A stretch of DNA of 64,000 bases from positions 20,956,001 through 21,020,000 of the forward strand of contig NC_043005.1 of assembly GCF_006345805.1 (NCBI RefSeq), in the 5' to 3' direction. The notes beneath the pieces are model-generated. The model worked only from the letters and a program-made list of their open reading frames with translations, had not been told where the DNA came from and searched no databases. The stretch is from Octopus sinensis. Taxonomy: Eukaryota. Within the stretch, counting starts at the first letter, position 1. Each line of letters opens with the position of its first letter. Shown here in pieces: positions 41,268 to 54,240 of this stretch. The translations under genes were made by a program, and so were the position numbers.

Positions 41268-43567
41268 CTAATAGTAATAACAGTCCCAGATTTGGGCAAA
41301 GAAAGGCAGAAAATTTTGATTTGCAGCCATTTGGTGCATGAGAGAGTTCGATGTAGCTGCCCTCATCTGCACCTCCTGCCGTGAAGTTGGTTCATCTGGG
41401 ACACCTGACAGGAAGAGATCCAGTTCCATTTTAAAGACATCTGCATCCACCCCATGCAGGTCTCTCAGGTTCTTCGGGAGGATATTGAAGAGCTGTGGGC
41501 CACGGAAGCCCAGGCTATCACAGTATCTTGTCCTACATCTTGATGGCAAATTTGGAGTCCTAGGCACCACGCAGTGGCGCCCAGTTCTGGCATTTGTGTA
41601 ACTCTCGATGCCAAAGTTTGGGACACGTCTCTCCAGGATCTTCCAGATGTATATTATGGCATATCTTTCCTGCCTACGCTCCAAGGAATATAGTTTTAAT
41701 CTCTTGAGTCTTTCCCAGTAGCTTACATTCTGCATAGAGGCTATCTTCTTCGTGTAGCTACGCTGGATCGCCTCGAGCTCTGTGATCAACTTGACACTGG
41801 ATGGTGACCATAACTGAGAGCAATAGTCAAAGTGGCTTAGGACAAGTGTCCTCCAGAGGACCATCATGGTTTCTTGTTCTCTTGTTCTAAAGGTTCTGAG
41901 AATCCATCTGGCCAGTCGTCTACATTTCATTGCCAATTTAGCAACATGAACACGAAAGGTTGCGTCATCACTCATGTAAATACCCAGGTCACGCACTGAT
42001 TGTGCCTCTGGGATTGCTATTCCTCCGGGTCCAGTGTATTCATTGGGTATTGCATTTAGTTTTGCATGCTGATAGTTTAAAGCTTGAAACTTTTCAGCAT
42101 TGAACTGCATGCTATTCTTTTCAGCCCACTTGTATATTTCGTCCAGCTCACATTGCAGGTGCTTAGTGTCTTCAGGGTTCTGTATTGCCTGTGAAACTTT
42201 TGTATCATCTGCATAACTTGTGATCGTGGCTCTCTGCGTGGCTGAGGGCATGTCTGAGAGGGCCATTATGAACAGTAGTGGTCCCAAAACAGTGCCCTGC
42301 GGAACACCGCTCCCTATACCACCTGACTTCTATTCTTCAGAAAGTCATGAAGCCATTCTCCCAATTTTCCAACTATGCCAAGATCACGCAGTTTGTGACA
42401 TATCATTCCATGATCGACTTTATCAAAGGCCTTTGCAAAGTTGAGATATATGACTTCCACATTTGAGTGGTTGAGCAGTTGTTTCAGCACCCAGTCATAG
42501 TGTTGTAGGAGCTGAGTTAAACAGCTTCTTCCTGGTCGGAAACCATGTTGGGTGTCAGGCAGCAAGTCATTTTCTTCAAGGAAGGTGATTAGTTTCCTTC
42601 TGACTATTCGTTCCATGACCTTGCTGATGTGTGAGGTGAGAGAGATAGGTCTGTAGTTCTTGGCCTCTGCTCTGCTACCACCTTTATGAATAGGGCATAT
42701 TTTACCTTCCTTCAGTTTTTTTGGAAGTTTGCCAGCTGCTAGGAAGCTCTGAAAGAGGATCTGCAGTGGTCTTGCTAGGACTCTCTTACATACTTTTAGG
42801 AGGATTGCTGGGAATCCATCGGGGCCAATAGCTGATTCTGTTTTCATTTCATCTATGGCCTTTATTACATCGTCTTCCTTTATATCGATGTAATTTATTG
42901 TCGCCGCCTCTGATTTTATATCTGCAGTGGTAAAGAAGTCAGTTGGATTGGTGATTTGGAAATGCCCGAGGGGTGGAGTGAAAACACTCTTGAATTGCTC
43001 ATTCAGTATTTCACTTACCCTCATTGGTTTTCCTGTGAGTGTGCCATCCTCTTCAAGGAGTGGCCCTATCCTACAGTGCACCGTAGCTGTTTCTTTGGCA
43101 TACCTGTAGAAAGCTCTGGGGTTAGATTTTATGTTGTCTATAGCCCAGGCTTCTTTGTCTGCTCTTTCCTTTTCATGGGAGAGTTGCAGACATTTTTCAA
43201 TTTCTAACAGTTTTATTTTCAGGCGGGACTTTTCACTGCTTTCAATCTGTTTGTTTAGGCAATTTGAAATTTTTGTACGCCGTCTCATTAAGATTTTCCT
43301 CTCTCTGGGGATTTTGTTCTTGTGTACAGTGGCCTTTCTCTCTAGGACACATTTGTAGCATATGGCTTGCGTTACAGACATGAATTGTTGAAGTTTCACG
43401 TCGATGTCTGGTGAGGAGAGACATTTAGGCCAGTTTTGTTTGAGAATCTCTTTCTCAATTTGTTTCCAGTTTGCCTTATGGTAGTTCAAGCTGGAAAGAT
43501 TCTGAGGGTTTCTTGTAGGCTGCATGTCCGTGCTCTCTTTTGGCCCATACATGGTCAGCTCTACCAT
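41268..43567 (-). pseudogene. CR1/L2-group LINE ORF2, 5'-truncated and young, split into 417-aa and 339-aa frames by one deletion/frameshift
   Basis: NYRPISLTSHISKVMERIV, QHGFRPGRSCLTQLL, LNFAKAFDKVDH, SGVPQGTVLGPLLF, SYADDTK, RDLGI, WSP...ELEAIQR. Confidence 0.92.
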
Positions 43568-43569
43568 TT

Positions 43570-43765
43570 ATTCATTTACTTGTTTCAGTCATTTCACTGC
43601 AGCTTTGCTGGAGCACCACCTTTACTCAAAGAAATCAACTCCAGGACTTATTCTTTGTCAGCCTAGTACTTACTCTTTTGCCGAATTGCGAAGTTATGGG
43701 GATGTTGACATAAGAAAATAGGTTGTCAAACTTTACCGGTGGGGACAAGCACAGACACATATATA
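43570..43765 (+). mobile_element. SINE-like repeat fragment
   Basis: tttacttgtttcagtcattt...ctcttttgccgaattgcgaagttatgggga...ggggacaagcacagacac; family recognised from memory. Confidence 0.5.
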
Positions 43766-44089
43766 TCATCATCATCATCGTCATCAACACTTAACACCTG
43801 TTGTGCCTGCTGGCATGGCAGGGATTCAATGCTTTGACCAATGCTAGCAAGCTGAGGGAGTGTACCAGACTCCAGTTGATTTGGCATGGTTTCTACAGCT
43901 GGATGCCTTTTCTAATACCAACCACACACACACACACAAACATGCAATCACACAACACTGACAGTGGCAGTAACAGTACATCAATTAACAGAGGCAGCAG
44001 TACCAACAGCTAGGATGGCAACAACAACAATGATATTAAGACTGAATATAATGAGAGAAACTTTAGTAGTTGTAGCATGCAGAGTGCAC

Positions 44090-44230
44090 AGACATGGAAA
44101 TATGTCACTTCAACTAATGGCCCCTTTAAGCAACGTCTGAGCAACAATAAATACTCTTTTAGAATACCAAAGAGGATGAACTTCAGGTACCTGGATAGCC
44201 ATATATGGCTCTGAGAAGAGGAAGGCATGC
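44090..44230 (+). mobile_element. Penelope-like GIY-YIG fragment
   Basis: KYVTSTNGPFKQRLSNNKYSF...YLDSHIWL. Confidence 0.55.
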
Positions 44231-46028
44231 CATACATAATTAAATGAAACCTTCTCAGACAATAAGGACCAGATATAAATGGGCTGAAATAAGGTAAGCT
44301 TTGCTTGGCTGATAGAGCAAGAATCGTAAGGAACTCACTTGACCATGTGGCCTTTTTACTCTAGGGAAAAGTGTTTAGCTAGTGTCCTCATGAGTGCCCT
44401 ATTGCAAGCTTGGAGTTCCCCATTCAACAAATAGAACTATGACAGACACTTAGAAACTCATTATGGTTCAAACAGATGTAGGGGAGATAACCCAATCCCA
44501 CCTGAAGCACTACCTCCCGGGTCCTTCTGGATGCATTTATTTTTGTTTATGAATCTAACTGACAATGATGTTTTCCTCCCTCTAACCGCAGAGACGTTAT
44601 ATGCCTCTGGCCATTTGAGTCTGATGGGTTGCCTATACTGCTAAGCACTTTTGATGTGTAAAACCATTGGACACTCTCTGATGAGTCATAACAATCAATC
44701 AGCAACCAGATCCACTCAGAAGTCTCTTGTTCACCCTGGACTATAGTAGGAGACTTGTTTAAGGTTTCACGCATTGAAATTGAACAGAGAAACATATTTT
44801 TGGAAAGCAAACTTATTTCCATACAGCCATGCCTGCTTCACTCAATATATATTTGTTCAAAATGAACAGCTGTGAAAAAATACTCAGGGTCACTTCATGA
44901 ATGGAAAATAAATAGTTAAGTGGCTACTTATTGAACAATGATATTATGATTAACTGAAATTTATCAGTGAGTGATGAAATATTTATGTTAATGACTTCTC
45001 CTGGTTATATGATTGTAAAAATCACTTTTTTTATTCTCATTTCACTAAAGATCTAATTTTGTTGAATAAAATTTCTTAGGTTGATATATTAAGTTGTAAA
45101 TGTTCACATTGGCTACATACTTATATCAATCATCTTGGTGAAGATCATCCTTTAATGTCCACTGTCCATGCTGGCATGGGTGGAATGGTTTCACAGGAGC
45201 CAGCCAAGCAGAAGCCTGCATCAATTTTCTGTGACTGTTTTGGCAAGATTGTTACTGCTGGATACCCTTCCTAACACCAACCACCCAGCAGAGTGGACTT
45301 AGTGCTTCTTATTCTTACTTGACACAAGCACAGGTGAGGCCAGTTTTGGCAAGGTTTTTACAGCTGGAACCCTTTCTAAATGCCAACCACTTTACAGTGT
45401 GGACTGTTTGCTTTTAAAGTGGCACTTGCACTGACAGGGACACCAAGTAACTTGCAAGACAAAATCTTTTGAGAAGGAAGAGTCATTGGAGTAGATGATC
45501 AAAGTAAAAGTATTTTTGTTTTCCTAAGGAAAAAAATTACACAATCAGTAGAGTGATGTTTCTTGTCATGAATAGACTAGCCATATTCAGTTACATTCTT
45601 TTACATTCTGGATTCAAATCCACCAGGGGGTATTTCACATTTCATACTCCTGAGATTGATAAAACAGCGTTATTTAAGAACTAAATTTCATTCATTTTCA
45701 TGTATCCTCACACTGCAAAATGTATGACTTTGTTACCATCGATGATAATTATAATTATTCTTGCTGTTGAAGGTGAAGTATTGACAAAATCATTTGAGCA
45801 TCAGACAAAATGTTTTGTGATATTCATTTTGGCTCTTGAACTTCTGGGTTCAAACCTGGCTTTTGACAGCTTCATCTTTCCAAGGCCAGTAAGTAAAAAT
45901 GCTGCCAGTCAAGTGTTGTGGCCTATTTTAATCAGCCAGTTCTTACATCAAAGTTTTGGCATTCATTCTATGTTATAAAATATTATTTTTGTTAATTTTC
46001 AATAATCTAAATTTTACTTTAATTTCAG

Positions 46029-46268
46029 CTGTTGAGAGCCTTTTTTTGAAAATAAACGATGCAATTCTGGATGTATCTGGGAAAATATTGTGGCCTAAGA
46101 AAAATGCAACAGCAGAAGCCTGTAAAACAAAATGTCTGTCTGACATTGATTGTTTATCATTTGAAATAAATGAAGGAAGTGGTCAATGTTACTTATCAAA
46201 GGAAAGTGCAGCTTCTTCCAACAAATTAAAGTCAGCCAAAGGCACAGATTACTACCAACGAGAGCATT
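46029..46268 (+). CDS. Exon PAN-B2
   Basis: Acceptor taatttcag|ct, donor catt|gtaatt. Encodes xVESLFLKINDAILDVSGKILWPKKNATAEACKTKCLSDIDCLSFEINEGSGQCYLSKESAASSNKLKSAKGTDYYQREH; paralogue of B1. Confidence 0.87.
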
Positions 46269-47619
46269 GTAATTATTATTTATATTTTATTATTGGGCTC
46301 CTCTTTTTCTTTTGTTCTGAATTTTGTGATTCCATTTGCACTTAATAATATATAAGCAATTATTTCTGTAAGAACATTGAGAGGTTTACCAATGAGGAGA
46401 AGACAGAAATACATTCCTGTGAAAAAGATAAAAGACAAGAACTGTATACACTGTTAAAACATTTTGATACAACATGTGTTCAACAGGAATACTTTTCTCT
46501 ATATTTTCAGTTGTTTTTTTCTTTTTTTAAGTCATAAAGGAAGCAGTTGTTCTTTTACTTAAACCTGAAGAGTAGCAGCAGCAACATTTGCAGTAACGAG
46601 TTTCTATTCATTTGCCAATTTTGACATGACTTATTGCTGGTACAGCACAGTGTTTCACAAGGGATGTTATGTTCTACATAACACGATATACAAAATAACG
46701 GAGAAAAAATGCCAATCTACAGAGTCATGTATTTTGTACATTTTGACATGGTTGCTATGTCTAGATACCCTTCCTATCATCAACCATTATACCACATGAA
46801 GAAAGTACATTTTCTCATGCTGCTATAATTAGAGACACTTTACTAGGACTCAAAAGTACTTTACCTTATATAGGTTTGTATTCAGACTAGTTCCATAGCA
46901 TTAAAAATATAAGAGCCAGCAAATTCACTCAGTTTGCTCTTAAAGATTTTGTGTATTCTTTTTGAAATCCTTCAACCTTGAAATCCTAGACATGAGGGAA
47001 AATTCACTAGGTTTATTGATTGTAATATTAAGATACTTGTGCATGCAAGTATGTCATTACTATCATGATAAACCTTTTGGGCCAAAAAGAAAGTTTGGCT
47101 ATTTCTTTGTGAGGAACTTCAAGTAGGCTGGAATGAAAGAAATTACTGCAATATATACCCTGGGCCCCCTCAAAAAGTTCAAACTTATTCACAGATTATT
47201 TTCGTACCGAGACAGTTTCAACTAATATGAACAGCCATCCCCATAAAGGGACAGGAATCAAGAAATTTGATTTAAACATAAAGATTACTAGTAAGATTTT
47301 TATTGAAAGTGAATTAACTTACAAAATAGCCATGGTTATTATTTTTAAAAAATTAGTTATTCATATTTTGTCCTGACAGCAAGAAAAGTATTTACACAAA
47401 CAAATGACTAAACTGAAACAAAATGAATTATTCTTGGTTGGCAAACAACTTAGACTGCGCTTTGTTACTGAAAACTATAATGATGGTATTGGTGGTGGTA
47501 ATGGTGGCAGCAGTGTTGAGTGGATAGTAAAAAGTGTAGTTTCTTTTCTTAATTTAACCTAATTTTTTATATTGCCTATCAGTTAAGGTATGTACATCAG
47601 TACAATTATTCATTGTCTG

Positions 47620-47960
47620 CTCACTTGAAAATAGATATTTGTTAATAAACTATGAATGTATGCTAACAAGAGAAAGAATGAGACAGTATAGGCAATAAAA
47701 TTAAGAGAAGCATACTGTTGAATCACTAGAACAATTGTGGAAACATCAAAGAATATTGAGTGAATATTTACAACGGATATGTTCAAAATAGTAATAAAAT
47801 GAAAATGAGAGAAAACATTAAAAAAAAACCCTGTAAACATATGGTTGAAAGTTACAACATTGGTGATGTGAATATTCTCTGTAATCATTGTGAAGATTGT
47901 AGATTTGTAAATGAACCTCTCAACTGCTGAAAGAATGGGAAAATCATGCTCCTTCAATTA
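47620..47960 (+). mobile_element. Remnant of Helitron Rep/helicase N-terminal region
   Basis: 47841-47960 reads MVESYNIGDVNILCNHCEDCRFVNEPLNC*KNGKIMLLQL, resembling the Helitron RepHel motif IG.M...C.HC....F..E....CC..GKV.LP.L; upstream RERMRQYRQ. Confidence 0.55.
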
Positions 47961-48670
47961 TATACATTTAAAAGGTGCTTTTAAATGTATATAATGCAGA
48001 ATATACAATTTATAAAGAAACACTAATTTTTGTGGCTCTGTATAAACTTACAACAATCTAGAAATTTTTGTACTTACTGCATAATTTTCACAGTTATTGC
48101 TAGTTGTTGTTATTATTTTATAGATATTTTAGAAATATTATATAGTTATGTAGAAGTAACATATAAATGAAATTTTGAATAAAATATGAGATGCTTTGTT
48201 ATTAAAATGGACAATTCATTATAATATCATGATCCATCCACAAAATAACTTTCCAACATAAGTTAGCCTCCTTAGAATAAATGTGAAACTGATTGCCTCA
48301 TGAGTCATACTCAAACCTTTGCCTGAATGTTTTTATTTTGGATAATCCATTTAGACGTTCTTCTCCTGATGGTGTGCTCTTATTTAAGATTGCCTGGTTG
48401 TTACAACAGACATCTTAGTTAATCATGTGTTAAAGGAAGTTTTTACCTTACAAAAGCACACCATCAGGTTAGTGATGTACAAAAAATTGTCTGCAACCTA
48501 GAAATTGAGACAAGTTTTAAAATGAGTCTTAAGGATGTTCTAAGACTCAGGTAAATTGTTTTGTAACTTGTGGATCATTTTGTGAATCAGTTATTGGTGT
48601 ATAATGCATGTATGTGGGCATATGAATGTGCATGTCAGCTTATAAAATGTATTTCTTCTTTTTCTTCCAG

Positions 48671-48904
48671 CCAATAATGAACATTTCATGCTTAAAAAAG
48701 TTAGCATACCAGTGGGGGATATTTTAGGACAGCATAAGAATAAGACCTTAAAGGAATGTAATGAAAAATGCTACAGATATCATGGCTGTAATTCTTACCA
48801 GTACAGTGAGGAAAATAAATTATGTGTTCTGAGTAATGTGACTCAGTCGACTGATAAACTTAAACCCAGCAAAAAAAAAGTAGATGTGTACATAACTAAC
48901 CCTG
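48671..48904 (+). CDS. Exon PAN-A3
   Basis: Acceptor ttttcttccag|cc, donor cctg|gtcagt. Encodes xNNEHFMLKKVSIPVGDILGQHKNKTLKECNEKCYRYHGCNSYQYSEENKLCVLSNVTQSTDKLKPSKKKVDVYITNP. Confidence 0.88.
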
Positions 48905-48959
48905 GTCAGTAGACTATTTTCATTTTATTTATTATATGCATGTGTGTGTGTGTGTGTGT

Positions 48960-49290
48960 GTGCTGCAATGCTGCAGGGCAATGAGACATGGGCTTTGATC
49001 TCAGAAGACATGAGAAGACTAGAAAGAAACGAATTGAGCATGCTCTATTCACTATGCAGATGTGTGCATATATGACGTAGTATAAATGCGCTGAATGCAA
49101 AACTGGTTTTAAAGAGAAATCAGATGTAGTGTGCCAGAAAGAAGACTGTGCTTGTATGGACATGCTTTGCGTATGGATAACTAAAGACGGGTAGAGTTTG
49201 TGGATGAGGGAAATGCAGGAAGACATGGGATGGAGTACTGATGGCTGACCTCAGGACACTGAATCTCATAAAAAAGATGACAGAGGACTG
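48960..49290 (+). mobile_element. RTE-like LINE 3' fragment
   Basis: EDMRRLERNELSML and a downstream family tail. Confidence 0.6.
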
Positions 49291-49949
49291 CAATGTTTAG
49301 CAATATGTGGTTTTTAAGAAGACTTGCTTTTTGCTGTACAACTGATTTCTGGCTGCAATGGGTTTGTATTGTGTGTATGTGTGCGTATGTGTGTGTGCAT
49401 GTGTACAAAGGGGCATCTCACTTAGTTACCATCTCATTATCTTTTCCCTACATCTCTCTCAACAGACCTCTATTCCTCCTTAACCTGGTGCAATTTTTCT
49501 TCCTTGCTACCCAAGAACATTTCACTTGTTAGTCATTCTCTATTCAGTAATATTTCTCTCTACATCCACGCATGACTCTCCTACCAAATTATCCTTTCTC
49601 ATACCCTAAATTTGTCTCGCCTTCTCCTTTAGCCTCCACAGCCATTTGTAATCACTTCTTTGCCCACAACCTGATGACTCTATCATCATCACTATCCTGT
49701 TGCTGCTTTCCCCTGCACACTTCTTACATCCCTCTTCTCTCTCTAACTCATGTACTATTGGCCATCTCCCATTCCCCTCACCCAGCACTATCCTTCATTA
49801 CTACCTAATCTTTATAGAAGTACACCAAGAATCTGTACAATATAGATGTAAATACCCATAAACATTCAGATTATTTAAATCATTTTTCACCATTTCATCT
49901 CATTTTTCTCTGGGTCGATCTCTTTCACATATTCACTCTGCATTTAAAA

Positions 49950-51890
49950 ATCAGCACTTCTTCATGTATTCATCTTCATCTACATGCATCACATGACCAT
50001 ACCAACACTGTCCCCTCTCTTACACATGACATGTGATTCCTGTTATGAACATCCAGCAAAGCATATTGGCTTCATTTCTTTCAAACTGTCATGTTTCTCC
50101 AATCACAGCCCACATTTCACTATCATATAGCATAGATGTTTGTACACAAACATCATACACTTTGCATTTCACTCTGAGGAAGTGTCTCTTTGTTACTAAC
50201 AAAGATAATAACTCTCTGAAGTTTGTGTAGCCAGTTCTAACTGTAGTGACTATGCTTTCAGAACATTCTCCATCATTACTAATTTGATCACCTAGGTAAT
50301 AGAAATTATCTGCTAGTTCTAAGGATCCCTCTTGACACAAAGGTTACTTGCACTATTGATCTTCTTGTGATTCTGTTGCTCCTCTTATGTGCCTATAGCT
50401 TCCACTGGGTACATTGTATGAAATTTCTACCTACTCTTTTTCTGTTTTCTTTCTGTCTAGTTCTTTGGTCTTTGCTAAATTAACTCAACGTTCCTTTGAT
50501 TCCAGGTCTTCTTTCTACACTTGAAATTTCTTCTTTAATTCTACAATAAATTCTACTGTAAAAACAAGGTCATCAGCATAGAGGTTTTTCCATGTTATAG
50601 CCACTCATCTACTTCTAACTTCTGCAGTGATCACCAGATGGCTTTCTCCATATCAACAAATACTAAGTGCAGTAGTTATTTTTCACTAAATTCCTCTTCT
50701 GCAGTTACCTTAGTCAGAAAACAACATCAGTAGTGCTCTTCTCTGGTACAAAATCAAACTGTATTTCATCTAATTTAGCTCTCTTCCTTATGAATTGAGC
50801 TATGAGTCTTTCTGTAACTTTCATCACCTGGCCCAATAATATATGTGTATGTACACACATGTATGTCTGTCTGTCTGTCTGAAATGTTCAGCATCCTGAG
50901 GTCATCCTTCAGTTCTTCTTCCTATGTCTTTCTGGGTCCCCCTCTTCCACATGTTCCATCTACTTTGAGATATTGGTACTTGTTTATGGAGCCATCAGTA
51001 TACTAGACCATTCCTCCCTAACCTTTGCATGTCCTCTGCATTCATGGCCCACATTATCTCTTCCATGTTGAATTGCTGTTTGTATACATGCATCATACAA
51101 TCTTTTTACTTAGAAAGAGAAACCTTTAGTAACCAATAGAGGTGAAAGCTCTCTGAATTTCCTCTGTCCTATACTTAGTCTAACTATTACACTCTCCTTG
51201 CTCCCCCCTACTAATTTGTTACCTTAAGTAGCAGAAATTATCTATTGCCTCCAAGGAACTATCAGGACATTTCAGAGAATCAATTTCCTGAGGATTTATA
51301 GTTTTTTGGATCCTGTGCATCTTCAACATATGAACACTACTTTCTTTGATAACCTTCCTATTATTTCACTGCACCTGTTGTATGTCTGTAGGTTACACTA
51401 TGTACACTGTATGAAGTTCCTGTCTACACATTTCCTACAAAGCAAGCAGAGCCATCTACCTGAAGTGGGTGGGTTTCTTGCTTACAAAGACCTTAGTCTT
51501 TAATAAGTTAATCTTTAGGCCCTTAGATTCCAGGTTTTGTTTCCACACATGGAATTCCTCTTCTAGCTTTGATATGGAATCTACTATGAAGACAAGATCA
51601 TCAGTACCCAGTGGCTGCCAGTCTTGAATTTCTCTGTTATGGCTTGGATGATAATGATGAAAAGGAAGGGACTGAAGACAGAGAGTTGATGAAAACATAC
51701 ATGTACGCCAAATTCTTTGCTGTACTTATGGTTAATTTTCATGTTACTGACAGTATATCTGTACATAGGCTGTACAGCTTTCAAAAACCACTCATCTATC
51801 CCTGGCCTCCTCAGACCCACTATATCACACAGAGGTGTATTCTATTGAAGGCTTTCTCCAGAACAACAAAGCCAAGTCTTATTGTTTATT
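49950..51890 (-). mobile_element. Several minus-strand RTE-like LINE fragments
   Basis: FYYLGDQIS..GECSESIVT.VRTG..NFRELL.LLVTK; KLEEEFHVWKQNLESKGLKINL.KTKV; LRRPGIDEW..KAVQ.MY...V. Confidence 0.75.
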
Positions 51891-51929
51891 TTTAGCTAAG
51901 TACTACTCTTTCAGTTGCCTGTCTATGAA

Positions 51930-53080
51930 AATTGTGTCAGTAGTGCTTCAGCTTGTGAAAGCAGTGCAGGCCATGTACAGGGGTGCTGCCAGTAAGGTAA
52001 GAGTTGGTGATGGGTACAGTGATGAATTTAGTATACAACATAGAGTCCACCAGTGGTTGTTCCTCAGCCCCTCCCATTAATCATCATCCTCCAGACCATA
52101 GCAGAATAATTTAAGACTGCAAGCTCATGGGAACTAGAGTATGCTGATGACCTTTGCCTCATTAAAGAATCTGTAACAAAGTTAGAAAAGACATTCCAGG
52201 TGTGTAAAGAAAATCTGGACTCAAATGGTCTTAAACTTAACTTAGTAAAGATCAAAGTCCTAATATGCAAGAAATCAAACAAGACCTTTTACCCCTACAG
52301 TAAATGGCTCTGCTCGATACGTAGGAAGGGTATTGGCAGCAATTTCATAGAGTGTATCCATTGCCAGCTATGAACACACTAGAGATGCAGTGGAATAGTA
52401 GGAAGATTAGTAGAGAAAGTAGGGTTTGTATGTGGAAGATGTACAGCAGCCATAAAGACCACAAATACAGAGACAACTGATGTTCTCAAATGTCTTGGTG
52501 GTTCTCAGGAAATTGTAGATAATTTTTTGCTACCGTGGTGTTCTAATTAGCACTGAAGGAGATTGTATAGTGAGTATAATTGCTTAAATAAGCATAGGAT
52601 GGAAAAAGTTCAGAGGGTTTGTACCCCTGTTGGCAATGAAATGTCTCTCTCTCTCTAAGTAAACTGAAAATTGTATGATTAATCTGTGCAAACTGTGATG
52701 TTACATGACAGTGAGATATAAGGCCCTGAATGCAGAGGAAATGCAAAGGCTGGAGATTTATGAACCTGGTATGCTTCGCTGGATGTGCGGTATCAGTGTG
52801 CATGTGTGTCAGAGCCCTGGTGAACTGACAGGGAAGTTGGGAAGATGAGGAACTCTATGTAGTGTGCAAGAGAGAAGACTTGTTTGGTCATGTGCTGCAG
52901 ATAGATGAGGATACTTACATAAAGAAGTGTTGGTCACTTCATGTGGGGGTACATTGTTGAAGTGGGAGTCCCAGGAAGACATAGGACAATGTATTTAAGG
53001 CCAATCTCAAAACTCTAAGTCTTATGTAGGAGGTGACAGAGAGCTGAGATATTTGGCCTATTGTTATGCTCAAGAACACC
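51930..53080 (+). mobile_element. RTE-like LINE fragment (RT to 3' end)
   Basis: LVKAVQAMYRGAASKVRVGDGYSDEF, WELEYADDL, WFGHVLQIDE..IKKC, GSPRKT.D. Confidence 0.8.
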
Positions 53081-53289
53081 TGCCTATCACAACAGAATTG
53101 AGCTCCTAAAATCAAGGTGCCATGTAAAAAGCATTGGTGATGGTGCCATGTAAAAAGCACCCAGTATGCTCTGCAAAGTAGTTGGTGTTAGGAATAGCAT
53201 CCAGTCTTAAAAGCCTAACCAAAAAGAGACTATGGAACCTTGTGTAGCTAATGGCCTTGCCTGTTCCTGTCAACCCATTCAGAGCCTAA

Positions 53290-53875
53290 GTCAGTGAGGG
53301 ACCTAGGTATCGACATGAGTGATGATACCTCTTTCCAAGTGCACATTACCAGGATGGCGACAAAGTGCAGATGACTGGCTGGATCCTAAGAACATTCAGA
53401 ACCATAGATAAGGGAATCATGATGGTCCTCTGGAGGACATTCATCAACTGCCAGGATTACTGCTCACAGCTATGGTCACCCACCAGTGTAAAATTAACAG
53501 CAGACCTTGAAGCAATCCAGAGAAGATTCACAAGAAGATTGTCTCTTTGCAACAGTTCAGCTACTGGGAAATGTTGAAACAGCTAAGACTCTGCTCCCCG
53601 GAGAGAATACGGGAGAGGTATGCAGTAATATATATCTGGAAGATCCTGGAAGGAATTGTGCCAAATTTTGGCATTGAAAACTACACCAATGCCAGAACAG
53701 GATGACACTGCATAGTGCCAAAAATCCCAGCAATGCCATCACGCTTGAGGACCAGTTACTGCAACAGCCTGGGTTTCAAGGACCCACAGGTTTTTAATAT
53801 TCTCTCAAAGAGTCTGAAGAACTTGTACAAAGTAGATGTAGGGTTTTTTATATCAAAGCTGGACCTCTTCCTGCT
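53290..53875 (+). mobile_element. CR1/L2-group LINE 3' fragment (same family as 41268-43567)
   Basis: TGWILRTFRT...DYCSQLWSPTSVKLTADLEAIQRRFT...IWKILEGIVPNFGI...KLDLFL. Confidence 0.85.
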
Positions 53876-54240
53876 GAGAGCAATAATTTAGGCGGCTCAA
53901 AACAAATGTCGTCCATAGAGTCAACATGACTTTTGGATTCCTTGTTCTGAATGTCCTCAGTATCCACCCTGCCAGTTGTCTGCACTTTGCTGTCAACTTG
54001 ACAATGTGCATGTGAAATGATACATCACTACACATGCTGATGCCTAGGTCTCTCACTGTTTGTGGTTCTGGGATTGCAGTACCTCCAGGTTCTGTGTATA
54101 CCAATTGGGGGGGGGCACTTGTGGCCTTGTAGCCCAGTACTTGAAATTTTTAGCATTGAACTGCATATTATTTTGCTCTGCCGACTTGTTTATTGCATTT
54201 AGGTCATTCTGCAATGGTGCATAACTCCACAATGCTTGTA
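53876..54240 (-). mobile_element. CR1/L2-group LINE fragment in inverted orientation
   Basis: PGGTAIPEPQTVRDLGI..DVSFHMHI.KL.AKCRQLAGWILRTFRTR...LSRLNYCSQ. Confidence 0.85.

Noticed and set aside
41268-43567. Host protein-coding gene or active retrotransposon
   Set aside because: It lacks the endonuclease 5' part and has a frameshifting deletion in the RT, so it is a dead LINE copy.
47610-47957. 115-aa hydrophobic minus-strand ORF as a membrane protein
   Set aside because: It is the antisense shadow of an A-rich + strand Helitron RepHel relic.
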